A DNA stretch of 64,000 nt from assembly GCA_907165135.1 (NCBI GenBank), contig OU015569.1, positions 7,936,001 through 8,000,000 on the forward strand. Reading direction: 5' to 3'. The position numbers and the translations under genes are program-made. Positions 1 through 12,654 of the stretch are shown piece by piece. The notes beneath the pieces were generated by a model. That model was not told the origin of the DNA and searched no databases. It saw nothing but the letters and a program-made list of their open reading frames with translations. This DNA comes from Oikopleura dioica. Its lineage: Eukaryota; Animalia; Chordata. The stretch's first letter is position 1; the number at the start of each line of letters is the position of its first letter.

Positions 1-327
1 ATAATTTCTAATGATCGATTTCCAAAAATATTCAACAATTATCTGGAACTAAAGGAATATTTTTGAAAGATTTCCGACAGTTAACAAAAAATAATCAGAG
101 ACATAAAACAAGAGAGTGTTATTGAGAGCAGCGGACATTTAACTCGGTAAGAATTACTTTATAAAATTTGATTTTATTCACGAGCGATGAGGGAACTTAT
201 GCGTCGCTCAGCATCGGCTTTTAAACAAGAAATTTGTTCCATGATTGTCCTTTGTCACTTTTTTTGGTTACTTATTTGGTAAATTAAACTACATCAAAGA
301 TCTCATAATACCCATCCAAAAGCCATT

Positions 328-1992
328 TCAATTATTCAGAGGATTACTAATTAGATTCGAGTTCCGTTTAGATTCTATGTCGTTGATGGAAACTCTATTG
401 GGGTAAACACTAAGCTTCGCTCCTTCAGGAGAGTTAGTAATTAGTAGTAACCGGCTCCTTCTCGCTGACGCCTCTTCCGTGAATAAATCGGGAAGACGCC
501 TGGGACTGGGCTCGTAAGATCGACGCGACAGCGACTCTTCACCTTCTTTCAAAATGGAATAGATCGACTTAGAATTGGGCTGTTGAAATCGTGTTCGGTA
601 ACTTGATTTTAATCTCTTATTAAAATACCGTTAGAAACTCTAAAGCCCCGCCTGGAGTTCGCCCAGAAATTGTTGGTAATCAAGCTCGCGTATTTCATCT
701 TCAAACTGCCAAAGAAATTTATTTTTTAATCTGGAGCATCAAGTTTTACGTACCCCTTTATGTCAAAGTCTGAGATGCCATTCATCAAATTTCCAAGGTG
801 CCCCGCTGAGGTTGCCCAAACTGCGCACTAATAATGTTATAACTTATGAATAAAGAAAATCAATCCGTTCAAGAATCAAGCAGACAGTAGCTTCACTTTA
901 GGGCTGAAACTTATTGGTAAACATCGGTTGTTTAACGGGTTTAACTAGGATAAAGCCTCACGGACTTCCGATCAGAGCACTTTAATTCTCTTAAATTGAG
1001 GAAAAGTTTTTAAGGATGTCCGAATCATCATTCCAGTTTATGTAAAACTGAAACTAAATTTTAGGTTTCAGTAATATATTTTCTCCCAAAAATTTATTCA
1101 ATTTGTCTTACATTCTAAAATGCCCATTTTGAGGAAAATTTCAGCTGACAGATTTGCGTAGGAACGTCCAGAAATGTTGTGAAAATGAAATTTATTTCAG
1201 AGAAACTTTAGGTCTAGTGACTAGAAGACGACTTCATAAAATTAATTTTGATCGGAGAAATAAGGTCGTAACTATGTTAAGATTTGGAGAAAATGGACAT
1301 CTTCTTTTGCACGAAAAACTATACCTTGAACGAAGTCGCTGAAAATTTTAAGTTGATAGGGAAGACACTCGTGCTTAGTAATAAGATCAATCAAGTCGCG
1401 AAACCTTGAGTTTTAGATCATGGATTTAAGTGATTTGAATGGGTTTACTCTTCGTATCGCTCGGTAAACAAGGAGCGCTATTTACCTGTGCCACGATAAA
1501 GGGAAAAGCAAAGTGCATTCTTATCTCGATACTCGATGTGTTTAAGGGTGTCTTGATGTCGGCTAGAGAGCTTTATAGCTCGTCCGAGGGTGATTTGCGC
1601 CGTCGTGCGGTGATCACAAGCAGGATACGGCATTTATCTTGTAGTCGAATACATCATCGCGCCAAGGAGACTAATTTACTTGAGCTTAGTTATTATTACC
1701 TAATTAGTGAATCCTTAGCCGGATTCAGTTCCGGATGAGCCGATCACTTCCATCTGCCGCCGAGCGCCAGGAGAATGTAAATATGAGCAAACAACCTCAA
1801 TTTTCTCTCATTTCTCGTCAATAATCCATCTATAAAAGTCATTCGATCCTCCTCACTGCAAATTGCATTAAATCTAGACGAACAAATTCCGATTGAGCGT
1901 GCTCCACTCGGACCCACCAAAATAAGCACTTTCTTGTTTAGTTCGAAACTAACTGTGGTCGAGCAGACGACGAAAACGTGACGTAGCCACAA
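328..1992 (-). CDS. putative multi-exon gene of unknown function (fragments only)
   Basis: Several minus-strand open segments with plausible GT/AG ends (e.g. ...GISDFDIKG|FEDEIRELDYQQFLGELQ; ORFs 328-552 and 1744-1992). The segment AICSEEDRMTFIDGL weakly resembles a PH-domain C-terminal helix. I could not build a complete model. Confidence 0.3.
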
Positions 1993-3396
1993 ATAACTCG
2001 CTAGGAAGAGAGAAGAAGGTGTTTATCCTATACAAAACGCAAAGCCACAATCTCAGATCGTCAAGGGGCTCAAAAAAGGTAATTTCGCGAGGCGAAAAAT
2101 TTCATTTATATTGAATACATGTTCCTTGTAAAAAGACCCATTGCTCCTCGAATGTTTTGGGTAACCATTCCGGTTCGCATTATTGTTTCGTTTTCTTTAA
2201 ATACCGGGCAGCGGAATGGCTATGCTGTTATCATCCTAAATATAACAGACATTTGCTATGAAAATATAAAATGCTTTTGAAATCGGAAAATTTGAGATAT
2301 TTTTTCTTCTTCTTTGCTTAAAAGTTATCTTTTTCTTAAACGATCAATTCATATAGTGGAAAGACGTGGCCTGATGCAATTAAAATATCTCATTTCCCCT
2401 TGAGCAGTTCAAAATATAATTAGCTTATCTCTCCTTTTTTGTAAGTTAGCAAGTTTTGCGATCAATTGAAGCTTCCTTTAGCAATTAAGAAAACTAATCA
2501 GGACTCCCCTCGCTAAGATAGTTTTAGAAATGACAATGTAAAGTTCTTTAGCATCACTCTTATAAGCATAGAACAAAACAATAAGAAGAACCATGAGTAT
2601 GCAAATCACAGATGATGCCGGAAATGCGGCACTGGTCCTAATCTAACTTTGTAGATAGAAATTAATCGAGAGGTTAAACAAGTTGATGTTCAATTTAGAA
2701 TTTACTCTACTCTGGAAATTGAATTTGAGACTCTTAAATTGAGACGTGAGAAAAAAAGGGAATACTCTATTTTGCATCAATCAAGCTCACGAGTCGGTAG
2801 AAATTTTGTAAATTCAATGATCCATCCCTCGCTAAGTATTTGTATCTGAAACTGGTCAACTACTACCTGGACTAATCACGCACCGTGGATTGAATTTGAT
2901 TTTTAATTAGTGTTTGACCTTCAGGTCAGATTTCGGTTTAAAAGCAGAAGAAGAATTTTGACTACAAACTGTAATCAGCTGAGCCAAACTGCAATTACTG
3001 TAGCTGCTTGTAAATCAGAAGAAAAAACAGACAGCTATTTACACATGTTTCAGATATATCTTTCCGTTTCATTCTTTTTTATCTTATTTTTTTATCGACA
3101 TTTCGTTAACACATTTTTTAATTGCAGCGAATCGCAGAAGACAACGCGAAGAAAAATTGTAGGAATCTTCCAAGGGCGGCTGGAACAACGTAAACATTAG
3201 AGGCTCCGGTCCTCGTTGCGTTTGATGGAGCGGGAAATGTTTTTGACGATAACAGAACAACCAAGCGCTAGACTAAGCGCGCGAATGTTGATAACATAAA
3301 GAAATCCTTACTACCGCCATCTAGTTGGAAATCATATAAAAGCTTGAAAGCGATACCAAGTAGTCATCCTTTTCGTGAAGTTTTGAGCTAACTAAC

Positions 3397-4599
3397 ATGG
3401 TAAGCAAAGACAGAGAGAGAATCAATAGAAGAAAGTCATTTTTCTGTCGTCTCCGATGATAGAAACATTTGATTTCAAGAGAATAATTTGAAACAGGAAG
3501 TTAAACCGTGATTTTAAGAAACTTACTATCGCACTCTTCTCCGCCGCCAGTGCAACCTTCAAACAGACCTTCCAACACAGAGTCCAGCGAAGCGTGGCTG
3601 GTGATTGGGTCGATAACAACTTGGAGAGCGGACGATTCCGACGAGATGTTGTCGACAGCTTCAGACCGATCGCCGCCATGATTGCCTACTTGAAGGGTCT
3701 TGGGAGTGACGACCAAGATCCTTCTGCCCAAGGCTTGGAAGCAGAATTGCAACAAATTCAGGTATTCGCTCACGTGGCTAGCGGTTGTTAACATTGGAAA
3801 ATTAAGGACACCTACACATCTTACGGTTGCTACTGCTGGGCGAATGGAGTCGATAACGTCGAAGATCTCGGATCCGGAAGCCGAAATGTCGATGCCACAG
3901 ATTTTGCTTGCACTGAACTTTACAGGTAAATTTTTTATCGAAATTTAAAAGTAAACTTAATCCCGTTTAGATGCTACGCTTGTGTGAACATTGACTACGG
4001 AAGCGAGTACTCCGAGCTCTCCTACATGGCTTTCTTCGACACAGACTCCGAGGGAAACCGAGTGATCGACTGCTCAAGCAATGCTCAACAGAACGGTGAT
4101 AGTTTGTGCTCATGTGATGCCAAATTTGCTCAACGAATCGTTCAAACTCAGAACCACTGTGATGTAAGCGAAAATGGAAATAAGACTTCAATATCAACGA
4201 AACGCTGAGCGTTCTCACCAACTGAAAACAATTTTAGAGCGGCGTCATGCTTTCCGACATGGGACTAAACAACTGCATGTCCGAAATGTACAGAACAATC
4301 AGCGGCGGTGGAAGCTACCAGTGCCCAGCCGGCTCCAACGGGCACCCTTCCAACGACAAATGCTGTGGCTTCTACCCCAACCGACAGCCCTACAACGAAA
4401 ACAGAGAATGCTGTGCAACAAAGTAAGAGCTAGTAGTTTTTACAGTCAGTAACACTTTTATCCTAGTACTGTCGACGATCAGGGTTTCTTTACTACTCCA
4501 GACGTCAACATTGTTGCTGCTGACACTTGTGAAATGACGGGAGGTACAGTCGTCGTCTCCGCAGAGGGCGATCCCCATACCTACATTCCGTCTCAGTAA
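3397..4599 (+). CDS. secreted phospholipase A2-like protein, predicted catalytically inactive (6 exons)
   Basis: ATG|GT intron, then signal KLTIALFSAASA and a propeptide with RVQR/RFRR. It contains YGCYCWANG (Ca-loop-like), DATDFACTELYRCYAC, LCSCDAKFAQRI and C-terminal CCGFYPNRQPY. All introns are GT-AG and restore frame. Stop TAA at 4597-4599. Confidence 0.8.
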
Positions 4600-5498
4600 G
4601 AAGTGCGTCAACAACAGTATCCGCCCCTTTACATATATAATGCTGATGTCAGTGCATAACGTTACGACAAAATTACCAAAAAATGTTTTTTATCTCGACA
4701 ATCTGTACATATTTCTTAATCTCTCTTTTTATACTTTTACAACCATTCGTTTCTGTAAAAACCTTTCTACGATTTTGTATAAGCAAAACAAACTGTGTTA
4801 TACAAATAAACCATCACCAAAGTTAAAATCCCGCGTTCTTTATTTAGTACCAAAAGTCAATTAGCAACACAAATGAAGAAAAAGTGAAAGAGGTCCTAAT
4901 GGAACGACTCTTGTTATAAAAACAACTTGTTTTATTCGATTCGGAGCTACTCCTTGTTTAGGCTTATAATATTTAACCGAACATCACTAATGTATTGAAA
5001 TCGATGGAATTGAATGGAGAAATAATCTTAATAATAATAATAATATCAATAGCATGTTCCTAAAAAGTTTCTTCGTAAATAGTGTCACATGATATTTTAA
5101 GTCGGCTCTTTTCTTATGCATTATCATAATTAAGTTACCAAGAAAAGAGTCGTTTGTTAGTCTAACAAGCTGAAGAAGGGTTATCAAGATAAAATTTCAG
5201 CAACAGCCGTTTGGAATCTTCATATTCGTGAATAAAGATTGGGGATTTTCCGACAAAAAGGGAATAAGATAATCCTTTTTACTTGTGTATGCTCTTTTTA
5301 GAACTCCTCAGAGCTTTCTTAGCTTCTAAAGAGGTTCCACGTTACGTTTAAGGTGGTCAACGCGGTCTGTGGGCACCCCAAATTCCTTCACGCGTGAAAT
5401 TGTCATTTTCTTTCTTACAGATATAAGCCGGCAGCGGGCTCCATCAGTGCTAGAACAAGTATTTCAGTCAAAAACAATATCACAATTAATTTTTAAAA

Positions 5499-7256
5499 AT
5501 GAAGTTTTTCTATATGATAATCGCAACTGCGTACGGCCAGGAAGGATCTGGCGCAAATCAAGAGGACGAGGAGGATCGGGTTAAAATTAAAAATTGAATG
5601 TAAACAGCGAACTCGCTTATCAAGAGGATTGATATATCTATGCATCTCGATGCATAATCAGCATTAGACAAAATGCTTAATTTAACCTCACTTGGAAGCC
5701 ATCAGCAAAAACGCCAGTCGATTTGCAACCAGCTGATCCGGAGCTTCCTTCTTCGAGGACTACGTATCCTGCCGAGAATACCTCCAATTTTGTTATGAGT
5801 TTAAACGCTTTCTACATGAACGCATTAACAACGTGATCGCTTCAGATTTATTTACAGCTGCTAGTCTCGAATCATTTACAAAAATATCTTAATTCGGGGA
5901 TAGCTCATGCGCTGCCTAAAGCACAAGAACCCTAAATCATATTAATTTATAAAGCAAGGTCAAAACTCTTCAAAGATTATTATGACTACTATAATTCTTT
6001 TTACCAAAACTACATAGCCAACTACGATTCCTCTTATTACGAGGAGGCGGATTTAGGTTTTATCCAGTCGCGAAGCTCTGGCACACTTTGCAGGGTAGGC
6101 TCTTTTTCAGATAGGTCGACGGCGCTTGGTTCGGCGCCTGTATCGTGTCCCGATCAGCAAGTCTGCCAGACGACGCTAGAATATCAACGAATCCGCGGCG
6201 GTTCTGCAAAACGCTACTATAGGATTCAATGCAAAGAAGAACTTCCATGCATGGTGAGTGAATCGTAAATAGCGAACACGTTTTGACCGTGTTCAGCTAA
6301 TCGTGGGAAATCAACTGTTCCCTGAATTCAATTATAAATTTATTTATCAAGCAAACAATAGAGAGCGATTAAAAGGTTTCGAGTGCGGAAAATCTGTTTT
6401 TGACTGAGACAATTTAAACGGGCTGTTTTCGATTCATTGGTTTGATAAATAAAGAGGATAATTGTTCGGGCCATACACGGGTCGAAATAATTTAGTTAGG
6501 AATTAAGAAATAACGATAATAACGGAGTGCAATTAATCATTATTAAGAATCAACTACTTATTAGCTAAATCATCTGATAGTTTTGAATGATTAAGGCTGG
6601 ATAACTGTGAAATAAATCTGAAATAAATACCGTAGTTAAAAAAAAGATGATAATATGCATCTTCACTTTCGCTGACAGAAAACTGACAGCTTTCCGAGCT
6701 CCAGTTTTCGACGATTACGATATTACCATAATTTGCATCGTAATTCATGTCTGATTCAAAAGGGCGCACCGGATGACGCGAACCCCTCTGCCTAAGAATT
6801 TGCATATTCACTCGGTTTGAAATTTCCGGAAATCGAATTCAACTGTTCATCAATTGAATGGATTGTCGGTAGACGATCGCCTGCTTGTCGACTAGTTACC
6901 TGTATTATAATTTTGACGGGGGAAATCAGCGGATAAATATTTTCGAGAGGTTATGCAATCAGTGCGGATTAAGGGCTGAGATCCATTTGAAATCCACGCG
7001 ATTTCAATCCTTACGCGGACTTATGCGTCATTAATTTTTAGAAAGCGACCTTCTTAATTTATCAAATTCTGAACAAATCATTTAGTCAAACATGAAGTCG
7101 AATTTCAATAGATGTCGTGCTTACGCGACGAGACATTCCGTTCAATGTGTCCACTGCTGTTCTGGAAGTGGCTGCGCTTCGACCGTTCCTTACGAAGGCG
7201 CCGGCGTCGATTTCGCGGACTTTGCAGCTGACCCGATCGTGGTCTCAGTGCCGTAA
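5499..7256 (+). CDS. secreted protein with Tyr-rich acidic segment and C-terminal LU (Ly6/uPAR)-like Cys domain
   Basis: Signal-like MKFFYMIIATAYG. Exon ~5960-6252 reads KDYYDYYNSFYQNYIANYDSSYYEEAD...LCRVG...CPDQQVCQTT...RIQCKEELPCM. An 833-bp GT-AG intron (6253-7085) joins in frame to SNMKSNFNRCRAYATRHSVQCVHCCSGSGC...VP*. Middle exons are uncertain. Confidence 0.6.
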
Positions 7257-8886
7257 AGTCCCACTCACGCTTACCAACTGTTTATAACCAATCGAACACT
7301 TTTTGTACTTTTAACCAGCATCACTCAAACTCTGCTAAACCTGAAATGTCAAAATCCTTTTCTGTGACAAATTTAGGGAGAGAAAGTGAATAAACATCTA
7401 TATTACACGAAAATCACAAAATTTGGAAAAAATCAAGATTTTTGCGATCTTCTTTTTCTTCTCGTTCTTTTTCGGCGGCTTGAAGTTTTGCTCGTCGAAA
7501 GTGACGGCAATGTTGTTAATAAGCTTGATGTTTTTATTTTGCGAGGCGAGGTATCCACGGAAATCTTCTGTGAACGCAAGAGGACACTCCTCCTAAATAT
7601 CATATTGATAATTATTTGTCTCATTGAACATGATAGTCGAAGAAAATTCTTAATCGAACCTAGTAAACCTGTGGTTCAAAAACATGCTCAGCGGACCTCA
7701 GGAGGTGCTCGAGCGACCACATTCAACATCTTCTCCTGCCTACTGTCTACCTGTCACTTCATGAGCTGAAGGGGTTTTCTAAGTACCTTGAGCTACCGCT
7801 ATCAAAAGAAGGCTACGGACAATTAAAACTTCGTCACATTTTTCATGCTATAGCAAATACTGTGTTAAAATTGAATCCCCTAGATTGAATAGAAAATGAT
7901 TGCTTGTCAATTCCGACTTACAATAATGAGTACGTGCAGGTTAGGAAAACGCTGTATGCCGTTTGCGGAGGAAATGTTCGTTTGACGCAAATCAACGTGC
8001 TCGACAAGTGGCATCCCTGGTAAGTCATCGAAGCTGTTGAAGTGGTTCTTGCTTAATAATATAGTGATGTTTAAGCTTTCGAATGAGGGGACATCAAATA
8101 AGCGTGACTTACCCAGCGTAAAATGCCCGGCATTTCGGAAACGTTACACTGCTACCGATCGAGTTTAGTGATTGCACTCGATTTGCATTGAGTCGCACAA
8201 TTGAAGCGTCCTTGAACCTGAATAAGTTTTTACATGTATTTATCATCTTACAACACCGCAAATAGGCTTATCAAGGGCCATCATGTAGAAACATAACATT
8301 AGGAGATAGCAGAGAAGTCAGGAAACAATCCTTACAATTTGAGTGACAAAGTGTAATTCGACAAGATCTTGGCCACAGAAAAGTCAATTAAGATGGGCAA
8401 CGTGGGTGAATTCCGGAGATTACGGATCAGAAAGCCTCAAGAGACATAAATTTCGACCTGGTGTGATAACCCTTTCGCATTTCGCAATTCAAATAATCAT
8501 TCATTTCGGGCAATTTAAACCCTTCTATATTTTAAGCTGGGATTTTACTTCGCTGCAAATCCTTTGCGCTGAGAAAATCAGGACTTCATCAGAAAGTGTT
8601 TAGCTAAATTGCGCCACTTAGGGAAACGAGACTTCCTCTGGCCCTGGGGTCGGCAAGCCACCGATCGCTGGTGGGTGGTGGTGGGTGGGCCACTCATAAA
8701 GTTAAATTTCCAATGGTGGTGGTGGGTGGTGGTGGGTTCCCCAAAATGGTGATGGTGGGTGGGTGGTGGGTGGGTCGATGATTTTGAATAAAATTTTTCG
8801 GGGCCCGAAAATACAAAATAGATTACTTTTATCTCAAATTCTTTGATTATATTTATTCATGATATAGAAAATAAAGTAACTAAATA

Positions 8887-9900
8887 TTAAATAGTTTTCA
8901 AATAATCTATTGCTCGTTTGAAGACTCTTGCACGAAGGATCGCTAAACATCTTTTGTACGTCAGATTCTCTCTTTGATGTCTTTTGAGACTTGATGTCTT
9001 ACTGAAAGCTCTCTCCAGACAACTTGTTGTTTGAGATGTTCCAAGAATAACCTTAATTATTTTAATATTTAATACCAAAATATCTCTTACATTTATCGCC
9101 ACTTGACTCAAAACCGGCAAACTGTATATTGCTGGCAACAATATGTTAAAATTATTCGCAGAATTTATTTAAAATTCTCTCTTTTAATAAATCCGTGACT
9201 TAAAATCCTCCCCATTCATTCGCTTACCGCCAAGGAGTTTTTAGATCTTGGCCAATAAGAGCGGAGAATTGGCTAGTGAGTAATAAACTTCGCTCAAGCG
9301 TCGCTCAAACCTCGCTCGAGCGGCGCTCAAACCTCGCTCCAACGTCGCTCAAACCTATAGATTACGGCCAAAAATCAAGGGTTGCAGAGGTAACAGCCGT
9401 CAAAAGCGCCTGCTGAGTCGTTATCACATCCAATTGTTTAGAAGAGTAGCAATTTCTGTTGGCCACCTTGTCTTGGATTGATATTGTCGGAACTTCTCGG
9501 CAGTTTTTGACGTGGTTTTCCCAATCACGTCTGTAGTACAAGCATTCTTTTTTTCGGACATTAAAAAACTAAATCTTTTCTTATTGGGGCCCCCAAAAGC
9601 GAAAATTAAAAAAATAAACGTACTGGTTTTGGTTTGTTGTGTCCACATTTAGATCTGCCACATTTTAAAAACCTGTGGATTTAGAATCGTCGAAAAATTC
9701 CAAAAATCCAGGATGATTCATCTGTCGACAGTACTCAACCACTGGAGGATGCGTGCATTTTGCCCAAACGCCATCATTGTTCCTTATTTTCTCTATGACT
9801 TTTGCTTCAACGTCAATTTTTGATTTTTAGGCGCTGACGCCATGTTTAACAAATTCTAGTGCTAATTGATGACAATAACAGTGATTCTGCTAATCTAGAA
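8887..9900 (-). pseudogene. degenerate hAT transposase remnant
   Basis: Motifs in the expected order: HCYCHQLAL (CxxH), KTRWPT (TRW) and LPVLSQVAIN|VILGTSQTTSCLERAFSK (hAT C-terminal dimerisation domain). The last is split by a 39-bp GT-AG intron (9052-9090). Stops and deletions lie between motifs. Confidence 0.65.
9285..9356. repeat. 22-bp tandem repeat, about 3.3 copies
   Basis: AAACTTCGCTCAAGCGTCGCTC / AAACCTCGCTCGAGCGGCGCTC / AAACCTCGCTCCAACGTCGCTC / AAACCT, inside the hAT element. Confidence 0.85.
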
Positions 9901-10694
9901 CAATTTATTTTCAAAATGCTCTAATTAGTAAACAACTGTTCAAGAACAAAATTTTGACTTGGGGCTCCCAAAATTTTCGGCCAAAAACCCACCATTTCCC
10001 ACCATTTTCGAATTTTGAAGAATTGTGATGGTGGGTGGTGGTGGGTGGGAAGCCCACCACCACCCACCCACCACCCACCCACCCACCACTTCCACCATTT
10101 TTTGCCGACCCCAGCTCTGGCCACATACATCGAGATTGTTGAAAACGAAATTTTGAGCATGTTATTTTGTGTCTTTCTCTAAGCCATTAAATGAGCGGGT
10201 TTAGTATCATGTCAAATGAGCGCATTATCGTATCTCGCTGGCTTTTAATTACCGCGAGATTTCCAAAATAAAACAAATTATATCAAAGATAAAAGAGAAA
10301 CTAGCCGATATCAAGATGCAATGTGTTGCGATAAAAATGTGCGTACTCGATGATAAACACAACGTGCAGCTTGCCATGCAAATCATCTTCTGTAACTGAT
10401 CATTTAAAAGTATTCACTTGTTTCCTACTACTCTCTTTTTGCTTCGATGATGCAGTACGAATTAAGTACACTAGGAAAAACTCGATATTATCGCTTCGCA
10501 CGTTAATACGAAGCTTCCGTTTGGTGAGTGATCCTATCGAAAGAAGTTTACGAAAGTCCGAAATACTTTGGAACTTGACTCTTAGGGCCCTATTATCGTA
10601 ATTGGAACTTGCAGCGCTGCAAGTTCATGCTTTTGTAAAGTCAATTGACACCCTTTGAATACTTCCTTCGAAGATGGTTCGAAATCCGAATCTT

Positions 10695-11267
10695 TTAAAA
10701 AGAAGCTCTTTCATTGTAATGACGATCCAGAAGACGAAACGTACCTTTGAAGAGCACTTTGCAGAGCGTCGCTTTGATAATTATGCTGAAGCTCTTGATA
10801 GGAAAAATTCGCCACAGCGGACTTTTCCCAGTCTTCTTGTCTAGCGATGCCAGAGGAATTTTTAAGGGGGATGTTGGAAGCCTAAATTGAAGATTACAGT
10901 TTTTGGAGTGAAGAAAAGACGCTACTTTTTTGTACTCAATCGGCGTTGCACGAACTCGCGGCGATCTGAGACTAGAACCCTGAAGAATCAATAGTTGATC
11001 ATTGGAGAAGATGAACGTCAGTCGTACCTTGGTGTCAATTCCTTTTAAGTCCGTCCATTTAAGATACTTGTAGCGGGCCGATGGAAGCTGCATCGATCCC
11101 GTTAAATCTTCATTTATTCCCACTGGCGACTTTATAAGCACTTTTACGGGTTCGATTTCGAGTATTAGGTCCGTGTCAAGAGGAGAAAATAGAACCCTGT
11201 CTTTGTCCGTCTGGACTTTGGAAATATCTGTTTCGTAATTAAATTTTCTTCGACGCGTTCCGGCCAT
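10695..11267 (-). CDS. single-exon hypothetical protein (190 aa)
   Basis: Uninterrupted ATG-initiated ORF, long for this AT-rich region, with an AG acceptor-like site about 10 nt upstream. No domain recognised. Confidence 0.5.
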   Translation of the reverse strand: MAGTRRRKFNYETDISKVQTDKDRVLFSPLDTDLILEIEPVKVLIKSPVGINEDLTGSMQLPSARYKYLKWTDLKGIDTKVRLTFIFSNDQLLILQGSSLRSPRVRATPIEYKKVASFLHSKNCNLQFRLPTSPLKIPLASLDKKTGKSPLWRIFPIKSFSIIIKATLCKVLFKGTFRLLDRHYNERASF

Positions 11268-12654
11268 ATTTGTTTCTCTTCAATTTTATGAAAAAATTGT
11301 AAAATGAACCGATAATTAAATTGAAATCTTCGTTCTGCAAATATCGAATTGTCCTTCAGAATTTTACATTTGCGTCTGAAGAATAGTGGTTGTCAAGGAA
11401 ACTGCGAGAAACATTTCTTTTGCTTTGACGTCAAGGTAGCGCAAATGAATTTTATTTTCGATATTTCATTTAGAGGATAATTTGCGATTAATTTGCCGTT
11501 AATTTCAAGTTCGAGCTGTCTTCTGGAGTACAGTTCATGCGATGGAAGCTCAGTCACCTTAGTGTCTTCAGGTGGCCAACGCTAAATGAAAATAGAATGC
11601 CGCGTTAATGACATGACACCATACATTCCTAGCCTGCTCGAGAATTTCCAGAATTCTACGGCATCGGTGAATCGAGTTTTGTCAAACTCAAGTTTCTCGA
11701 GAAGCTGGATATTTTTTCAAAGGCTGAAGTAAAACTAGTGTCTCAGATTTTTCACATTCAACCTTTGTGGTTTCAGTTATCCGCAGCTGACAGAGTGTCT
11801 CCCAAGTTTCGAAGCAATAACCCTCGATTGCTCATTATCGGGCCTATTACAAAGAAACTACGGATCTTATCATCTAACTTGAGAAACCCTTATCGTGCGT
11901 GAGAGGAAGGAGTCCATGTTGAGCAATTTCGCTCCCGTCTCCGGATTTTCAGAAACAAAAAAGAACAAGGTGGAGCTCGCGCTGGAAATTCTTAATCCTC
12001 GAGTTTCTCGCGCTGGAGTTTATTGACCCAGTAAATAAAGATATAAATAAATAGAGACCGTTGACTTTCTTGTTATATTTAGACTCCTTCTATATTGAAC
12101 CTACTAACACTTCACGAGTAAGTCGTAGGAGAATCAACGTCGAGGATTTCGTGCTTATCTAATCGACACTCACTCTTAACTTTCTTTTCGCCTAGAAAGG
12201 GATTAACTCACTCCGAGGATCTCGCTATCTCGCAAGAACGTGTTGAACGAGCTTCTACAGTAAAAACAGTAATAAAACAAAAAAACGGTTAGAGAGCCTA
12301 AATAAATCCACTAAAAATAATTTCAGACCTAAATTTTTAATCTCCTTTATATTCGCTTTAATATATACTTCACGTTTGCTTTGAAAGCATCTTTCTACAT
12401 TGGAAGCGTAAGATATAATGAAATTTACAAGATAAAGCGAGCCCATATCGCATAAGATACCTAGGTTATCCTTCCAGGCCACTGGAATAAAACGATTACA
12501 GTCAAATTGGATGCCATTTGGAAAACATGTTAGAACATAAGCCTGTATAATAAAAATTCATTAATTCAACTTCATTAATTGAGTTGCGAGAGTCATTTCC
12601 ATATTGAAGCTGAAAAATAAATTTATTTGCTCAAGGCACACTCAAGAAAAACAT

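Larger units (their letters stand above)
8644..10114. mobile_element. hAT-superfamily DNA transposon, defective (1471 bp)
   Basis: 13-bp TIR CTGGGGTCGGCAA at both ends, exact 8-bp TSD CTCTGGCC (8636-8643 and 10115-10122), GGTGGG-rich subterminal arrays and internal transposase motifs. Confidence 0.9.

Noticed and set aside
5700-5892. In-frame TGA separating two open segments (possible selenocysteine or readthrough)
   Set aside because: Another frame is open through the region, and there is no SECIS or selenoprotein motif.
7386-8640. Possible exons on both strands (e.g. minus EECPLAFTEDF...KILIFSKF; plus DFIRKCLAK next to the hAT insertion)
   Set aside because: No consistent splice model and in-frame stops. 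The kinase and SNF2-like resemblances are too short to support.
9911-10160. Gly/Trp/Val-rich ORFs
   Set aside because: They are translations of the GGTGGG subterminal array.
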